DNA of 64,000 nt. Source: Thalia democratica (Eukaryota). Below are positions 36,214-50,200 of the stretch, in pieces (positions within the stretch are counted from its first letter, which is position 1; each line of letters begins with the position of its first letter). A program made the position numbers and the translations under genes. The notes under the pieces are model-generated. The model was not told the DNA's origin and did no database searches. It saw nothing but the letters and a program-made list of their open reading frames with translations. The stretch covers positions 82,274,001-82,338,000 of the forward strand of contig OZ241826.1 of assembly GCA_965202585.1 (NCBI GenBank), read 5' to 3'.

Positions 36214-38618
36214 GTTATTATTTATTTTTATTTTCAGTTAAAAATTGTCTGTTTAAAACTCATACATTTAGAAGTATCAATCTTTTATGCCATCTTTGTT
36301 ATGATTCTGACAAAAAATACGGTCTCTTAATTAAAAAAGTTAATAATATTAATAAATAAAATAGTTAAATGCTTTTAGATTTTCTTCCATTTAATTACTT
36401 TACAATACCGCATAAATTTTATTTTTGTAGATCTTTGCATTTTATCAAAAGTATAAGTTTCAAATTTTGTTTTAAAATTTGAGTTTCTTTGTTAAGTAGT
36501 TTTTATATTGATTCACACTAACAATAAATTACTTTCCTTAGATCATAAAAACTTATAAATATTTTGCTCGTTAAATTGTAAATTTATTTTAATTTATCTG
36601 ACACAACTGATTATAAACTGTAAATAATTACCTAATATATTTAATTTAATGCTTGCAACATAACATATTTAAATATACTGAAATCACAAACTCAAAAATA
36701 AGTTTTGAATACGTTTAGTGAACAGATAAAAATGATACTTTTCTAACTTAGTATCTGACACAGTATGTTTGTTTCTTATAATCATTAGCTGGATTATTTT
36801 TAGGCAATGTACGGTTTGTGACCATTAGATAGAAGAAAGTTATGTGTATAACATTTATCCAAGTTAAACTTTTATTTGTTACCGTTTATGTTGATAGGTG
36901 TAAAAGAACTAAACTTATTGAACTTCTTTGACCTATTTATTATTAATAAACAGTGCTTACTTAATGTATCCTGTACTTAATGTAGTAAGTGAGAAGAATT
37001 GATAGCCTTTCTTTAAAATTGGCTAGATTTACTGGAAAAAAAAGTTGCTTGCATACCACTTTTGTATGTATATTATGGGAATTTTAAAATAAATACGGTT
37101 TTCTAATGTTGGCGAAGTGGTGTCTTTTTTGGCAATAACTAATAAGTGAGCGAAAAAGTAAGTGGGTAAAATAATACTATTTAATAGAATAACTACTATT
37201 TCTTCGTTAACCGGGCTGATTATAAAAATGAGTTTAAGAAAGATTTGTGTAAGTGCAATATTCAAACAGGTTTGAATTAAGCTTTTACTTTTTGTTTATA
37301 GCAAATTTGATTTAAAGTAAAATAACAAAAATTTATCTGCTGTTTTAATATTTTCAACAAATATATATGTTTTCAGAGTAAATACCTATGTTAATGATAT
37401 TGAACGAGCTTATTAACTACTGTGGAGTCGTAAACTAAATATTTTAATAAACTACGAAAAAATAAATTAAAAGTTTTTAAACAAAAATCTTGTAACGTAT
37501 AAGGGTATTGTTTTTTTTTAACTTTAAGTTTTTACCAAAGTTAAATAAACTTCAGATGTTTAGTTTTTTATTGTTATACAATGAACCAATACAACTTGTA
37601 AATAAGTTTGAGTAAAATTGATATACATAAAAATACTGTACATTAAAAATGCTATGAGTACATAAAAATGTTTGTAAAGCCAATTTTTATATTATATGGT
37701 AATATCAAAAAAAGTTAATGTTGCCAACAAGAAATGTTGTATACTTAACAAGTTTTGAAAATTATCTTAACAGAATATTATAATATTTAAGTTCATTCTC
37801 CCAACTGTCTACAAATAGGTCGGATCAAAATCATGAAAGCAAAACGTCAACTCTGTCAATTCAAAAAGAAAAGCAACACCTTCAACCAAAGGTTTATTAT
37901 TCATTTTTATTTCCAGTTTAAAATTGTTAATCTTTATGCCACCTTCATTATGATTCTAACAAAATTACGGTTTCTCAATAAAAAAGTAAATATTTTATTA
38001 AGATTTTTTTCTAGTTAATAACTTTACAATACAGTGACCTTCCGCATGACTTTTATTTTTGTGAATCTTCGCATTTTATCAAAAGTATTTGGTTAAAATT
38101 TGTTTTAAAAGTCGAGTTTCTTTGTTAAATAGTTTTTATAACTATTCATACTAACAAAAAATACTTTCCTTAAACCATAAAAACTTATAAATATTTTGCT
38201 CGTTTAAATTGTAAATTTATTTAAATTTATCTGACACAACTGATTATAAACTGAAAATAATTACATCATATATTTGATTTAATGCTTAACAAAACGGTAC
38301 TATTTAGTAGAATAAATATTATTTGTTTGTTAGCTGCCTAGGGCTGATTATAAAAATTATTTGAGAAAGATTGGTGTTAGTTCATTATTTAAAGTTATAA
38401 CGAATTTTTACCTCTTTTTTTATAATAAACTTTAATTTAAAGTAGGATAAAATCAGTTGATTTATTTAAACAATTATGGAAAAATTAATAAAATTACAAT
38501 CGCTTTCTTTAATAACAAAAATACCTAATAAACATTTTATTTGTAAGAATAGCAACATTTAATTTAAAAAAAATCTGTTACAAAGATACAGAAAGACTTA
38601 CGTTTAGAAACAATTTAG

Positions 38619-38705
38619 AACTCGAAAGCGGGGAAAAGTCTTCTACCGTTGCTATGAACAACCAGATGAACACGTTTGCGTCAAATGCCAACAAAGGATA
38701 TGATG
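38619..38705 (+). CDS. Repeated exon L (LESGEKSSTVAMNNQMNTFASNANKGYD), phase 1-1; copies at 41756-41842, 48154-48240
   Basis: aatttag acceptor, G|gtcagt donor; identical in three copies. Confidence 0.65.
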
Positions 38706-39089
38706 GTCAGTTTTGCTATTAGTTTTATTGTTTTTTATAAACAATCATTATGATTAATTGACTTAGAATTTATAGATAAATAATTAATTGTACTGTCATT
38801 TTAGCTTTTTGCAGTATAACGCGATGTTAGTAACTCACTCTCGTATTAGAACAATATATAATATAATAAATAAGATGTTTTTCTTCCAAAATACCATATT
38901 ATTTTAAAGTATTGTACGAAGTAGTTGGTAAAGTTAGTAAATTATATCTTTCAAAGCTTGAACACCTGCACCAAATTTTTTATTGTTTTCAGTATTTTGT
39001 TACATAAAGTATAATGTTTATCATTGTTTGATTTTGAAACTTTGGTATAAAAATTATTTTCCTTTTGAAACATTTTACTTTCACTTCAG

Positions 39090-39146
39090 TGTCGCGCAGT
39101 TTGTTGCAATTTCAATTAAAGTTCTGCTATTCGTTTAATCATGCAT
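39090..39146 (+). CDS. Possible repeated exon (V)SRSLLQF(Q/P)LKFCYSFNHA, phase 1-1; copies at 42219-42275, 48625-48681 (GC donor)
   Basis: cacttcag acceptor, T|gtgagt donor; CCA/CCG difference is synonymous. Confidence 0.4.
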
Positions 39147-42100
39147 GTGAGTTCTTCTTGTACTATTGGTAGCTTATACAAATCTTCCTTTAATTAAATA
39201 ATTATGTTCGATTCTGCAAACTGTATTCAGATAAGTAGGCTAATCAAAATAACATTAATCAAAGTGTTTGTATCTAAAATCAGCTGTTTAAGAAGAAAAG
39301 TCAATTGTTTCTTATTTATTAGTTGTATTCACAAGTTAACGTTATCAACTACAAATATCTTATACGCTTACATTGTATGTGTTGTCTACAGTTTAATTAT
39401 AATTAAATTACTACTAACATGTTTGATAGGAGAGTCAGTTTTGTGTTAGTGCATCGGTAAAATGTTTCTCTGTTTCTTTTTTAATAACTCTGAATTGTAA
39501 AAGATACTTTTGTGAGTTTGTTTTGTTTAGTTGGAATAAATTTTATGTTTTGTTATACTAAAAGTATTTATTTTAATTGATTAATAATTGTAATGGATAA
39601 ACTTATTATTTTTTTAACTTTAAGTTTTTACCAAAGTTAAATAAACTTGAGATGTTTAATTTTACATTGTTATACAACAAACCAATATATTTTGTAAAAA
39701 AGCTTGAGTGAAATTGATTACATAAAAATACTGTACATAAAAATGCTATGAGTACATAAAAGTGTTTGGAAAGCCAGTTTTTATATCAAATGGTAATATC
39801 AAAAAAAATTAGTGTTGCCAACAAGAAAGCTACTTATGTTGTATACTTCACAAGTTTTGAAAATTATCTTAACAGAATATTGTAATATTTTAGCTCATTC
39901 TCCCAACTGTCTACAAAAGGGTCGGATCAAAATCATGAAAGTAAAACGTCAACTCTGTCAATTCTAAAAGGAAAGGAACACCTTCAACCAAAGGTTTATT
40001 ATTCAATTTTTGTTTCCAATTAAAAATTGTCAATCTTTATGCCATCTTCATTGTTGTTCTGACAAAATAGCGGTTTCTCAATAAAAAAGTAAATATTTCT
40101 TTTAGATTTTTTCTAGTTAATAACTTTACAATACAGTGACCTTCCGCATGGCTTTTATTTTTGTAAATCTTCGAATTTTATCAAAAGTATTTGGTTTAAA
40201 TTTGTTTTAAAATTCGAGTTTCTTTGTTAAATAGTTTATTTAACTATTCATACTAACAATAAATTACTATCCTTAAACCATAATTACTGATTATAAAATA
40301 CTTCATATATTTAATTTAATGCTTGCAACATAACATATTTTAATATACTGAAGTCACAAACTCAAAAATAAGTTTTGAACACTTCTATTAAAAATCAAAC
40401 ATCTTATAGTTGCATCTTTTATGAAACCAAACTTCGGCATTTATATACCCTAAAGAGACATTTAAATTTCATTGGTGAAAAGATAAAAATGATACTTTTT
40501 TAACTTAGTATCTGATACAGTATGATTGTTTATTATAATTATTAGCTATATTATTTAAGGTAAAGAACGGTTGTAGACTATTAGATTGAAAAAGAATGTG
40601 TGTAAAATTTATGAAAAACAAACTTTTATTTATAACTGTTTATGTTGATAAATGTAAAAGAACTAAACTTATTAAATTTTTTTGACGTATTTATTATTAA
40701 TAAACAGTGCTTACTTAATGTATGACATACTTTACATAGTAAGTAAGAAGAATTGATAGCCTTTCTTGAAAATTGGCTATATTTACTTAAAAAATGTTGC
40801 TTGCATACCACTTTTGTATGTATATTATGGGAATTTTTCAATAAATACGGTTTTCTAATGTTGGCGAAGTGGTGTCTTTTTTGGCAATAACTAATAAGTG
40901 AGCGAAAAAGTAAGTGAGTAATTAGCCAGCAAAATAGTACTATGTAATAGAATAGCTACTATTTCTTCGTTAACCGGGCTGATTATAAAAATGAGTTTGA
41001 GAGAGATTGGTGTAAGTGAAATATTCAAACCTTTTTGTAATAATCTTTCACTTTTTTGTTTATAGTAATATTGATGTAAAATAGGATAACAAAAATTTAT
41101 CTGCTGTTTTAATATTTTTTAAACAAATATAAATGTTTTTAGTAAATACCTATGGTAATGGTATTGTACGAGCTTATTAAATACTGTGGAGTCGTAAACT
41201 AAATATTTTAATAAACTACGAAACATAAATTTAAAGTTTTTAAACAAAAATGTTGTAAAGTATAAATTATTTCTTTTTAAACTTTAGTTTTTACCAAAGT
41301 TAAATAAACTTCAGATGTTTAATTTTATATTGTTATACAATAAACCAATATATCTCGTAAATAAGCTTGGGTGAAATTGATATACATAAAATTAGTTTTT
41401 TGGCAATAACTAGTAAGTGAGTTATAACTAGTAAAATGGTACTATTTAATAGTATAATTACTATTTCTTTATTAACCAGGCTGATTATAAAAATGAGTTT
41501 GAGAGAGATTGGTGTAAGTTCATTATTTAAAGTTATAATGAAATTTTACTTCTTTGTTAAAAGTAAACTTAATGTAAAGTAGTATAAATCAGTTGACTTA
41601 TTTAAACAATTATGGAAAAATTAATAAAATTACAATCGCTTTCTTTAATAACAAAAAATACCTAATAAACATTTTATTTGTAAGAATAGCAACATTTAAT
41701 TAAAATAAAATCTGTTACAAAGATACACAAAGACTTACGTTTAGAAACAATTTAGAACTCGAAAGCGGGGAAAAGTCTTCTACCGTTGCTATGAACAACC
41801 AGATGAACACGTTTGCGTCAAATGCCAACAAAGGATATGATGGTCAGTTTTGCTTTTTATTGTTTTTTATAAACAATCATTATGGTTAATAACTTAGAAT
41901 TTATAGATAAATAATTAATTGTACTGTCATTTTAGCTATTTGCAGTAAAACGCGATCTTAGTAACTCACTCTCGTATTAGAACAATATATTATATAATAA
42001 ATGAGACGTTTTTCTTCAAAATACCATATTATTTTAAAGTATTGTACGAAGTAGTTGGTAAAGTTAGTAAATTATATCTTTCAAAACTTGAACACCTGCA

Positions 42101-43472
42101 CCTAATTTTTTATTGTTTTCAGTATTTTGTTACATAAAATATAATGTTTATCATTGTTTGATTTTGAAACTTTGGTATAAAAATTATTTTCTTTCTAAAA
42201 CATTTCACTTTACTTCAGTGTCGCGCAGTTTGTTGCAATTTCCATTAAAGTTCTGCTATTCGTTTAATCATGCATGTGAGTTCTTAGTTATTTTACTTAG
42301 GTACTTTTGAGAGTACTTTTGGTAGCTTATAGAAATCTTCCTTTAATTAAATAATTGTTTTCGATTCTGCAAACTGTATTCAGATAAGTAGGCTAATCAA
42401 AATAACATTAATCAAAGTGTTTGTATCTAAAATCAGCTGTTTAAGAAGAAAAGTCAATTGTTTCTTATTTATTAGTTGTATTCACAAGTTAACGTTATCA
42501 ACTACAAATATCTTATACGCTTATATTGTATGTGTTGTCTACAGTTTAATTATAATTAAATTACTAACATGTTTGATAGGAGAGTCAGTTTTGTGTCAGT
42601 GCATCGGTAAAATATTTCTCTGTTTCTTTTTTAATAACTCTGAATTTTAAAAAATACTTTTGTGCGTTTGTTTTGTTTAGTTGGAATAAATTTTTTGATT
42701 TGTTATACTAAAAGTATTTATTTTAATTTATCGTATTTTAACTTTTCAAGTTTCAATTAAAACATATTTAACTGTTAAACCAATTGACAATTTTTCACCT
42801 ATAAATCAGCTTATATGTTTAGTAGTAAACTTTGTGTTTGCATCACAAGCTTGTACTAAAAAGTATCAATTATGTTTTATTCATCATATTTTAGAAAATA
42901 CTCAATTTAAGTTTGTGTTGTGTTTTTATATTTAGTAGTTTTTGAACAAAGTTTTGACACATATTTGACTATTTTTTTTGAGGACCAAACTTGTACTAAT
43001 AACGGGTAGTAGTATAATTTAAAAGTACTCATTTATACCATAAGTTTGATTAATTCAAAGCAAGGTTTCCAAAACTCCATTCATAATCACGACCTTGGCA
43101 GGTATTTGAAAATAATCGGCTACCAATTTAAAATATCACCAATTCACTAAATAATTATTCTTTTAATTTTTCCGCCTTGCTATTATTGCCCAAAAAGGGC
43201 TTTACCATTCACTTTGGAAAAATGTGATTTAAAGTAATCTGTATTTGTAGTTTCTACTTAATATTATACATAAAACGTATTGTTTTTGAAAATTATTTGA
43301 AACAAAGATTTAAACAAATAGACACACATTTATACTGGTTTTCAAAAAAAAATATTTAACAGCTTTTTTTAGTACTTCTTAGTTTCTTTGTTTAAGTTCA
43401 AATTTAGTTTTCTCTTATCCTTAAGTATATGAAAATGATATAAATAGCTCAAGTATTTTAGCCTGTTGATTA

Positions 43473-43506
<34 letters not shown>

Positions 43507-43589
43507 GGATAACATTTGTAATGTTTTTTATTAATATTATCTTAGAATTTAAATATTAAATATGTGGTACAAATAAATTTGTTTCAGAA

Positions 43590-44320
43590 ATGGACGAAGA
43601 GTCACTTTTGCACAAATTGACATTTTTAATCGAAAATTTCAAATGTTATAATGAGTTAGCAAACTGTTTGTTTTATAGAAAACAACGAGTTAAAGATAAA
43701 GTTTTAAATTGTAAAAGCTCTTAGTTAAACCAGTTAAAGTAGGTGCAAAAGAGAAGCTTTGCGCATTTGTGAGACGTTTCGAGTATAAATGGGTAGGTGT
43801 AAGAAAAGCACAGCCTTACTTTAGCACATAGTGAAACCTAGTATAGAGTAATATTTTAGCACGGTGTCTATATTGCAGAAAGTGGCACTAAAACACGGAG
43901 TGTAACCTTGCATGTATCTTCATTTAGTATGATCAATAAATTTAAATTAAAAGTTAAACAATAATTAGTATTATACAGAACAAGATGTTAAAATTGACCT
44001 TAATAAGTTCAGCATCTTGTTGATGACGCACTTTAAGCGTTTTAAACAGTGAGTTAGTGGGAAGAATACTCATCGAAGTTTTTTGATTTAAAATTATCAT
44101 CATATAAAAAGTAATTCGGAGAAGCTTATACAAGTTAATTACCGTATATACTTAGAGAAATCACTTGCAGGTAGCGATAAGTTACAAAAAGTACTTTGTA
44201 GGCTCTAATTTTAAAGAAAAACTATACTTAATGATAAAAATAAGTAATAAAAAGCAAGAAGTTAGTAAATTAAACGAAAATTGAACTATGAAATACTTAT
44301 TTTGTGTTCTTAAATTTTAT
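43590..44320 (+). mobile_element. Degenerate coding remnant, possibly the N-terminus of a Transib-like transposase (duplicate at 49959-50690)
   Basis: MDEESLLHKLTFLIENF..., GAKEKLCAFVRRFEYKWVGVRK, SNSEKLIQVNYRIYLEKS across shifts; family assignment is from recalled resemblance only. Confidence 0.3.
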
Positions 44321-44769
44321 ATTTTCTTAAATCATTGAAAAAAGCACTTACAACTTATTTACAAATTTAGCTAGGCTGAAAAGGTTAGAATTAATATTTT
44401 GTTTATGTAAAACACTAATGCATACTTTTTTGAAAAACAAACATAAACAAAGCTGCAATTGATCTATACTAGAGCTGTATGAAAATCCGCTCAATGTGCT
44501 AAAGTGTCACTTTGTGCTGAAGTGACGCCTTGTTCTTAATAAAAAACTTGAATATATTTCACTTATAAAAGTTAGTTTGAATGCTATAGTACTTAAAGTA
44601 AATAATACACACAAAACCTTGTAAACAGGAATTGTTGTTATGTTAACAAGCATTTTAAGCTATTTTGTTTCATTTGAATTGTTGCCTTCAGAACCTTATA
44701 AATTTTATTGATACAATATAAGTAAAAAAAAATATCTTAGTGCTATTTTTTGATACTAACGGCAACAAA

Positions 44770-44882
44770 TAGGTGGTGAAGAAATTCAAGCTGTAACTTA
44801 CAATTGGTTTTTGGAATCATCGGTTGAGCGAATTCAGTGGTGGACGAATTCAGAGTGGCACCCTAGTTTCGGAGACAGACCT
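44770..44882. mobile_element. TIR-like end with tandem GGTGGACGAATTCA-type subrepeats (duplicate at about 51140-51252)
   Basis: ggtggtgaagaaattca ... ggttgagcgaattcagtggtggacgaattcagagtggcaccctagtttcggagacagacc. Confidence 0.45.
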
Positions 44883-45323
44883 ATATGTAACAATACTGTT
44901 GATATGGATCAAACGCATTGTTCTGACCAATCTTTTTAACAACTGTAAGTTGACGATTTTTTCGTACTAGTAAAGTTGTTGAGCTAAGTTTAAATAAACT
45001 TAGCATGTAAATAAAGAAAGAAAAAATAAACAATTATTGTTTAGTAATTTAGTACATGCAAACACTAACAAAACGACTTTTTTGTTATTCTTTTAACTAT
45101 GGTCATTGGCGGCAGAGAGTTTTTTGTTTTACATTTGAGAATTTATTATCATAGAAAAATTGATAGATTAATATTTGAGAATTCATTTTTAGCATTATTT
45201 TGAAGCGTTTGCAATATTTACTATTGCAATTTTTAGCTGTGCTATGTTAGTTATTGTGTAATTTTTCTCTTGTAAATAATTTAAGTTTTTAATAAGAATT
45301 TTTTTTTGTTTCAAACTAAGACG

Positions 45324-45381
45324 TTAACTGAACTATCGACTGAACTGTTAACCGAACTATTAACTGAACTATAAATAGAAA
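45324..45381 (+). repeat. Minisatellite of about 12-13-bp aactgaactatt units, 4 copies (also about 51695-51745)
   Basis: gttaactgaactatcgactgaactgttaaccgaactattaactgaactata. Confidence 0.6.
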
Positions 45382-46531
45382 AATTTAATTGAAAACGTTA
45401 TTTATACAAATTCGCGGCAATGAATAGTAGTTATGGATTCGATTTCTCTTTTATGTGTTTAGTAAGAAAAAACGAGAGCTAAAGGTATAAGCTAACGAGA
45501 GCTAACGGTTTTTGACCATTAGATTGAAGAAAATTATGTGTATAACATTTATCCAAGTTGAACTTTTATTTGTTACCGTTTATGTTGATAGGTGTAAAAG
45601 AACTAAACTTATTGAACTTCTTTGACCTATTTATTATTAATAAACAGTGCTTACTTAATGTTTCCCGTACTTAATGATGTAAGTAAGAAGAATTGATAGC
45701 CTTTCTTTAAAATTGGCTAGATTTACTGGAAAAAAAGTTGCTTGCATACCACTTTTGTATGTATATTATGGGAATTTTTAATAAATACAGTTTCCTAATA
45801 TTGGCGAAATAGTGTCATTTTTGGCAATAACTAATAAGTGAGCGAAAAAGTAAGTGGGTAAAATGATACTATTTAATAGAATAACTAGTATTTCTTTGTT
45901 AACCGGGCTGATTATAAAAATGATATGAGTACATAAAAATACTGTACATAAAAATGATATGAGTACATAAATATGCTTGTAAAGCCAGTTTTGATACTAT
46001 ATTTTAGTATCAAAAAAAAGTTTATGTTGCATACAAGAAAGCTACTTATATTGTATATTTAACAAGTTTTGAAAATTATCTAAACAGAATATTGTAATAT
46101 TTTAGCTCATTCTCCCAACTGTCTACAAAAGGGTCGGATCAAAATCATGAAAGCAAAACGTCAACTGTGTCAATTCTAAAAGAAAAGCAACACATTCAAC
46201 CAAAGGTTTATTTTTTATTTTTGTTTCCATTTAAAAATTGTCAATCTTTATGCCATCTTCATTGTGGTTCTGACAAAATAGCGGTTTCTCAATAAAAAAG
46301 TAAATATTTCTTTTAGATTTTTTTCTAGTTAATAACTTTACAATACAGTGACCTTCCGCATGACTTTTATTTTTGTAAATCTTCGAAATTTATCAAAAGT
46401 ATTTGGTTAAAATTTGTTTTAAAATTCGAGTTTCTTTGTTAAATAGTTTTTATAACTCTTTATACTTACAATTAATTACTATCCTTAAACCATAATTAAT
46501 GATTATAAACTGTAAATAATTACTTCATATA

Positions 46532-47298
46532 CAGTATACTATCGCTTAAGTACGCACTTTTTTTGGTACACACCTCGCCTTAAGTACGCACTTACCTAGA
46601 AAGACAAAAAAATCTAAATTTTCCTAAACTTAGAATTTTTCTAAAGACTTGTTCTATAGAGTCATTTTCTGACGCTTTCCATCCATTTTTCTAAACTTTT
46701 ATAAAATTTCTAAATTGTTTGTATTCAAATACTTTCAGAACACCTGCAAAAGAAAGGCTAATTTCAATGTGACATAATACAAAACTACTTAACCCCAAAA
46801 ACTTGTTACGATTTTTATAAAGTCAAAATAAACATTTAAAAAGAAGCAACAACAAAAAAAACTAAAGTTTGAAAAAAATTAATGAGCATCTTATCATTGT
46901 GCACTTATACTATAAATGTTTCTACTGATATAAACTTTCATATAAAAACAGTCGTGAAACGTTTTTCTTTCAAATAAAAAAATCGACCACTTTTTAGCTA
47001 ATGGAAAATTATAATATATGTATTAACTAAACTAAACTTAGCTTGACTAGCATTATGTAGAAACTTTTTATAGAATAAATAAATATTTTACATTTTGCAG
47101 ATTAGAATTATGTATCTAATGTTATTTAAAATAAAAAGACTTGTTTATTTGGCTTAATTATTTGGTGGCTAGTCGTAAGAAAGAAAACAAACAACTAAGT
47201 TTCATATTAAACTATGTCGTCAAAAAGTACGCACTACCCGTGCTAAGTACGCACTTTTTGGTCGGGTTCAATTTGCGTACTTAAGCGGTAGTCTACTG
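46532..47298. mobile_element. Tc1/mariner (pogo-like) MITE with TA TSD
   Basis: TA|CAGTATACTATCGCTTAAGTACGCA ... TGCGTACTTAAGCGGTAGTCTACTG|TA; empty single-TA site in the paralogous block near 40307. Confidence 0.9.
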
Positions 47299-50200
47299 TA
47301 TTTAATTTAATGCTTGCAACATAACATATTTTAATATACGGAAGTCACAAACTCAAAAATAAGTTTTGAATATTCTATTAAAAATCAAACATCTTATAGT
47401 TGCATCTTTCATGAAACCAAACTTCGGTATTTATATATCCTAAAGAGACATTTAGATTTCATTGGTGAAAAGATAAAAATGATACTTTTTAAAATTTCTA
47501 ATACAGTATGTTTGTTTATTATAATTATTAGCTATATTATTTAGAGGTAAAGAACGGTTGTAGACTATTAGATTGAAAAAGAATGTGTATTAAATTTATG
47601 AAAAATAAACTTTATTTCTAACTGTTTATGTTGATAAATGTAAAAGAACTAAACTTATTGAACTTTTTTGACGTATTTATTATTAATAAACAGTGCTTAC
47701 TTAATGTATCACATACTTTATATAGTAAGTAAGAAGAATTGATAGCCTTTCTTGAAAATGGGCTAGATTTACTGAAAAAAAAATTGTTTGCATACCACTT
47801 TTGTATGTATATTATGGGAATTTTTCAAATAATACGGTTTTCTAATGTTGGCGGAGTGGTGTCTTTTTTGGCAATAACTAATAAGTGAACGAAAAAATAA
47901 ATGGGTAACCAGCAAAAAGGTACTATTTAATAAAATAATTACTATTTCTTCGTTATCCAGGCTGATTATAAAAATGAGTTTGAGAAAGATTGGTGTAAGT
48001 TCATTATTTAAAGTTAAAATTTATTTTTACCTCTTTTTTTATAGTAAACTTTAATTTAAAGTAGGATGAAATCAGTTGACTTATTTAAACAATTATGGAA
48101 AAATTAAAAAGATTACAATCGCTTTCTTTAATAACAAAAAATACCTAATTTAGAACTCGAAAGCGGGGAAAAGTCTTCTACCGTTGCTATGAACAACCAG
48201 ATGAACACGTTTGCGTCAAATGCCAACAAAGGATATGATGGTCAGTTTTGCTATTAGTTTCATTGTTTTTTATAAACAATTATTATGATTAATTGACTTA
48301 GAATTTATAAATAAATAATTAGTTGTACTGTCATTTTAGCTATTTGCAGTATAACGCAATGTTAGTAACTCACTCTCGTATTAGAACAATATTGTATATA
48401 ATAAATGAGACGTTTTTCTTCCAAAACACCATATTATTTTAAAGTATTGTACGAAGTAGTTGGTAAAGTTAGTAAATTATATCTTTCAAAGCTTGAACAC
48501 CTGCACCAATTTTTTTATTGTTTTTAGTATTTTGTTACACAAAATATAATGTTTATCATTGTTTGATTTTGAAACTTTGGTATAAAAATTATTTTCTTTA
48601 TAAAACATTTCACTTTCACTTTAGTGTCGCGCAGTTTGTTGCAATTTCCGTTAAAGTTCTGCTATTCGTTTAATCATGCATGCGAGTTCTTCTTGTACTT
48701 TTGGTAGCTTATAGAAATCTTCCTTTAATTAAATAATTATGTTCGATTCTGCAAACTGTATTCAGATAAGTAGGCTAATCAAAATAACATTAATCAAAGT
48801 ATTTGTATCTAAAATCAGCTGTTTAAGAAGAAAAGTCAATTGTTTCTTATTTATTAGTTGTATTCACAAGTTAACGTTATCAACTACAAATATCTTATAC
48901 GCTTATATTGTATGTGTTGTCTACAGTTTAATTATAATTAAATTACTACTAACATGTTTGATAGGAGAGTCAGTTTTGTGTCAGTGCATCGGTAAAATAT
49001 TTCTCTGTTTCTTTTTTAATAACTCTGAATTGTAAAAAATACTTTTGTGCGTTTGTTTTGTTTAGTTGGAATAAATGTTTTGTTTTGTTATACTAAAAGT
49101 ATTTATTTTAATTTATCGTATTTTAACTTTTTAAGTGTCAATTAAAACATATTTAACTGTTAAACCAATTGACAATTTTTCACCTATAAGTCAGCTTATA
49201 TGTTTAGTAGTAAACTTCGTGTTTGCATCAAAAGCTTGTACTAAAAAGTATCAATTAAGTTTTATTCATCATATTTTAGAAAATGCTCAATTTAAGTTTG
49301 TGTTGTGTTTTTATATTTAGTAGTTTTTGAACAAAGTTTTGACACATATTTGACTATTTTTTTTGAGGACCAAACTTGTACTAATAACGGGTAGTAGTAT
49401 AATTTAAAAGTACTCATTTATACCATAAGTTTGATTAATTCAAAGCAGGGTTTCTAAAACTCCATTCATAATCACGACCTTGGCAGGTATTTGAAAATAA
49501 TCGGCTACCAATTTAAAATATCACCAATTCACTAAATAATTATTCTTTTAATTTTTTCGCCTTGCTATTATTGCCCAAAAAGGGCTTTACCATTCACTTT
49601 GGAAAAATGTGATTTAAAGTAATCTGTATTTGTAGTTTCTACTTAATATTATACATAAAACGTATTGTTTTTGAAAATTATTTGAAACAAAGATTTAAAC
49701 AAATAGATACACATTTATACTGGTTTTCAAAAAAATATATATAACAGCTTTTTTTAGTACTTCTTAGTTTCTTTGTTTAAATTTAGATTTAGTTTTCTCT
49801 AGTTTATCCTTAAGTATATAAAAATGATATATAATGTATATAAATAGCTCAAGTATTTTAGCTTGTGGATTAATTTATATATATATATATTTCGATAAAA
49901 TTTGTAATGTTTTTTATTAATAATATCTTAGAATTTAAATATTAAATATGTGTCAGAAATGGACGAAGAGTCACTTTTGCACAATTGACCATTTTTAATC
50001 GAAAATTTCAAATGTTATAATGAGTTAGCAAACTGTTTGTTTTATGGAAAACAACGAGTTAAAGATAAAGTTTTAAATTGTAAAAGCTCTTAGTTAAACC
50101 AGTTAAAGTAGGTGCAAAAGAGATGCTTTGCGCATTTGTGAGACGTTTCGAGTATAAATGGGTAGGTGTAAGAAAAGCACAGCCTTACTTTAGCACATAG

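Noticed and set aside
39204-39449. Repeated ORF MFDSANCIQISRL... (also 42417, 48739)
   Set aside because: No homology recognised; openness is shared by recent descent, and a copy-specific 3-nt indel and stop show no constraint
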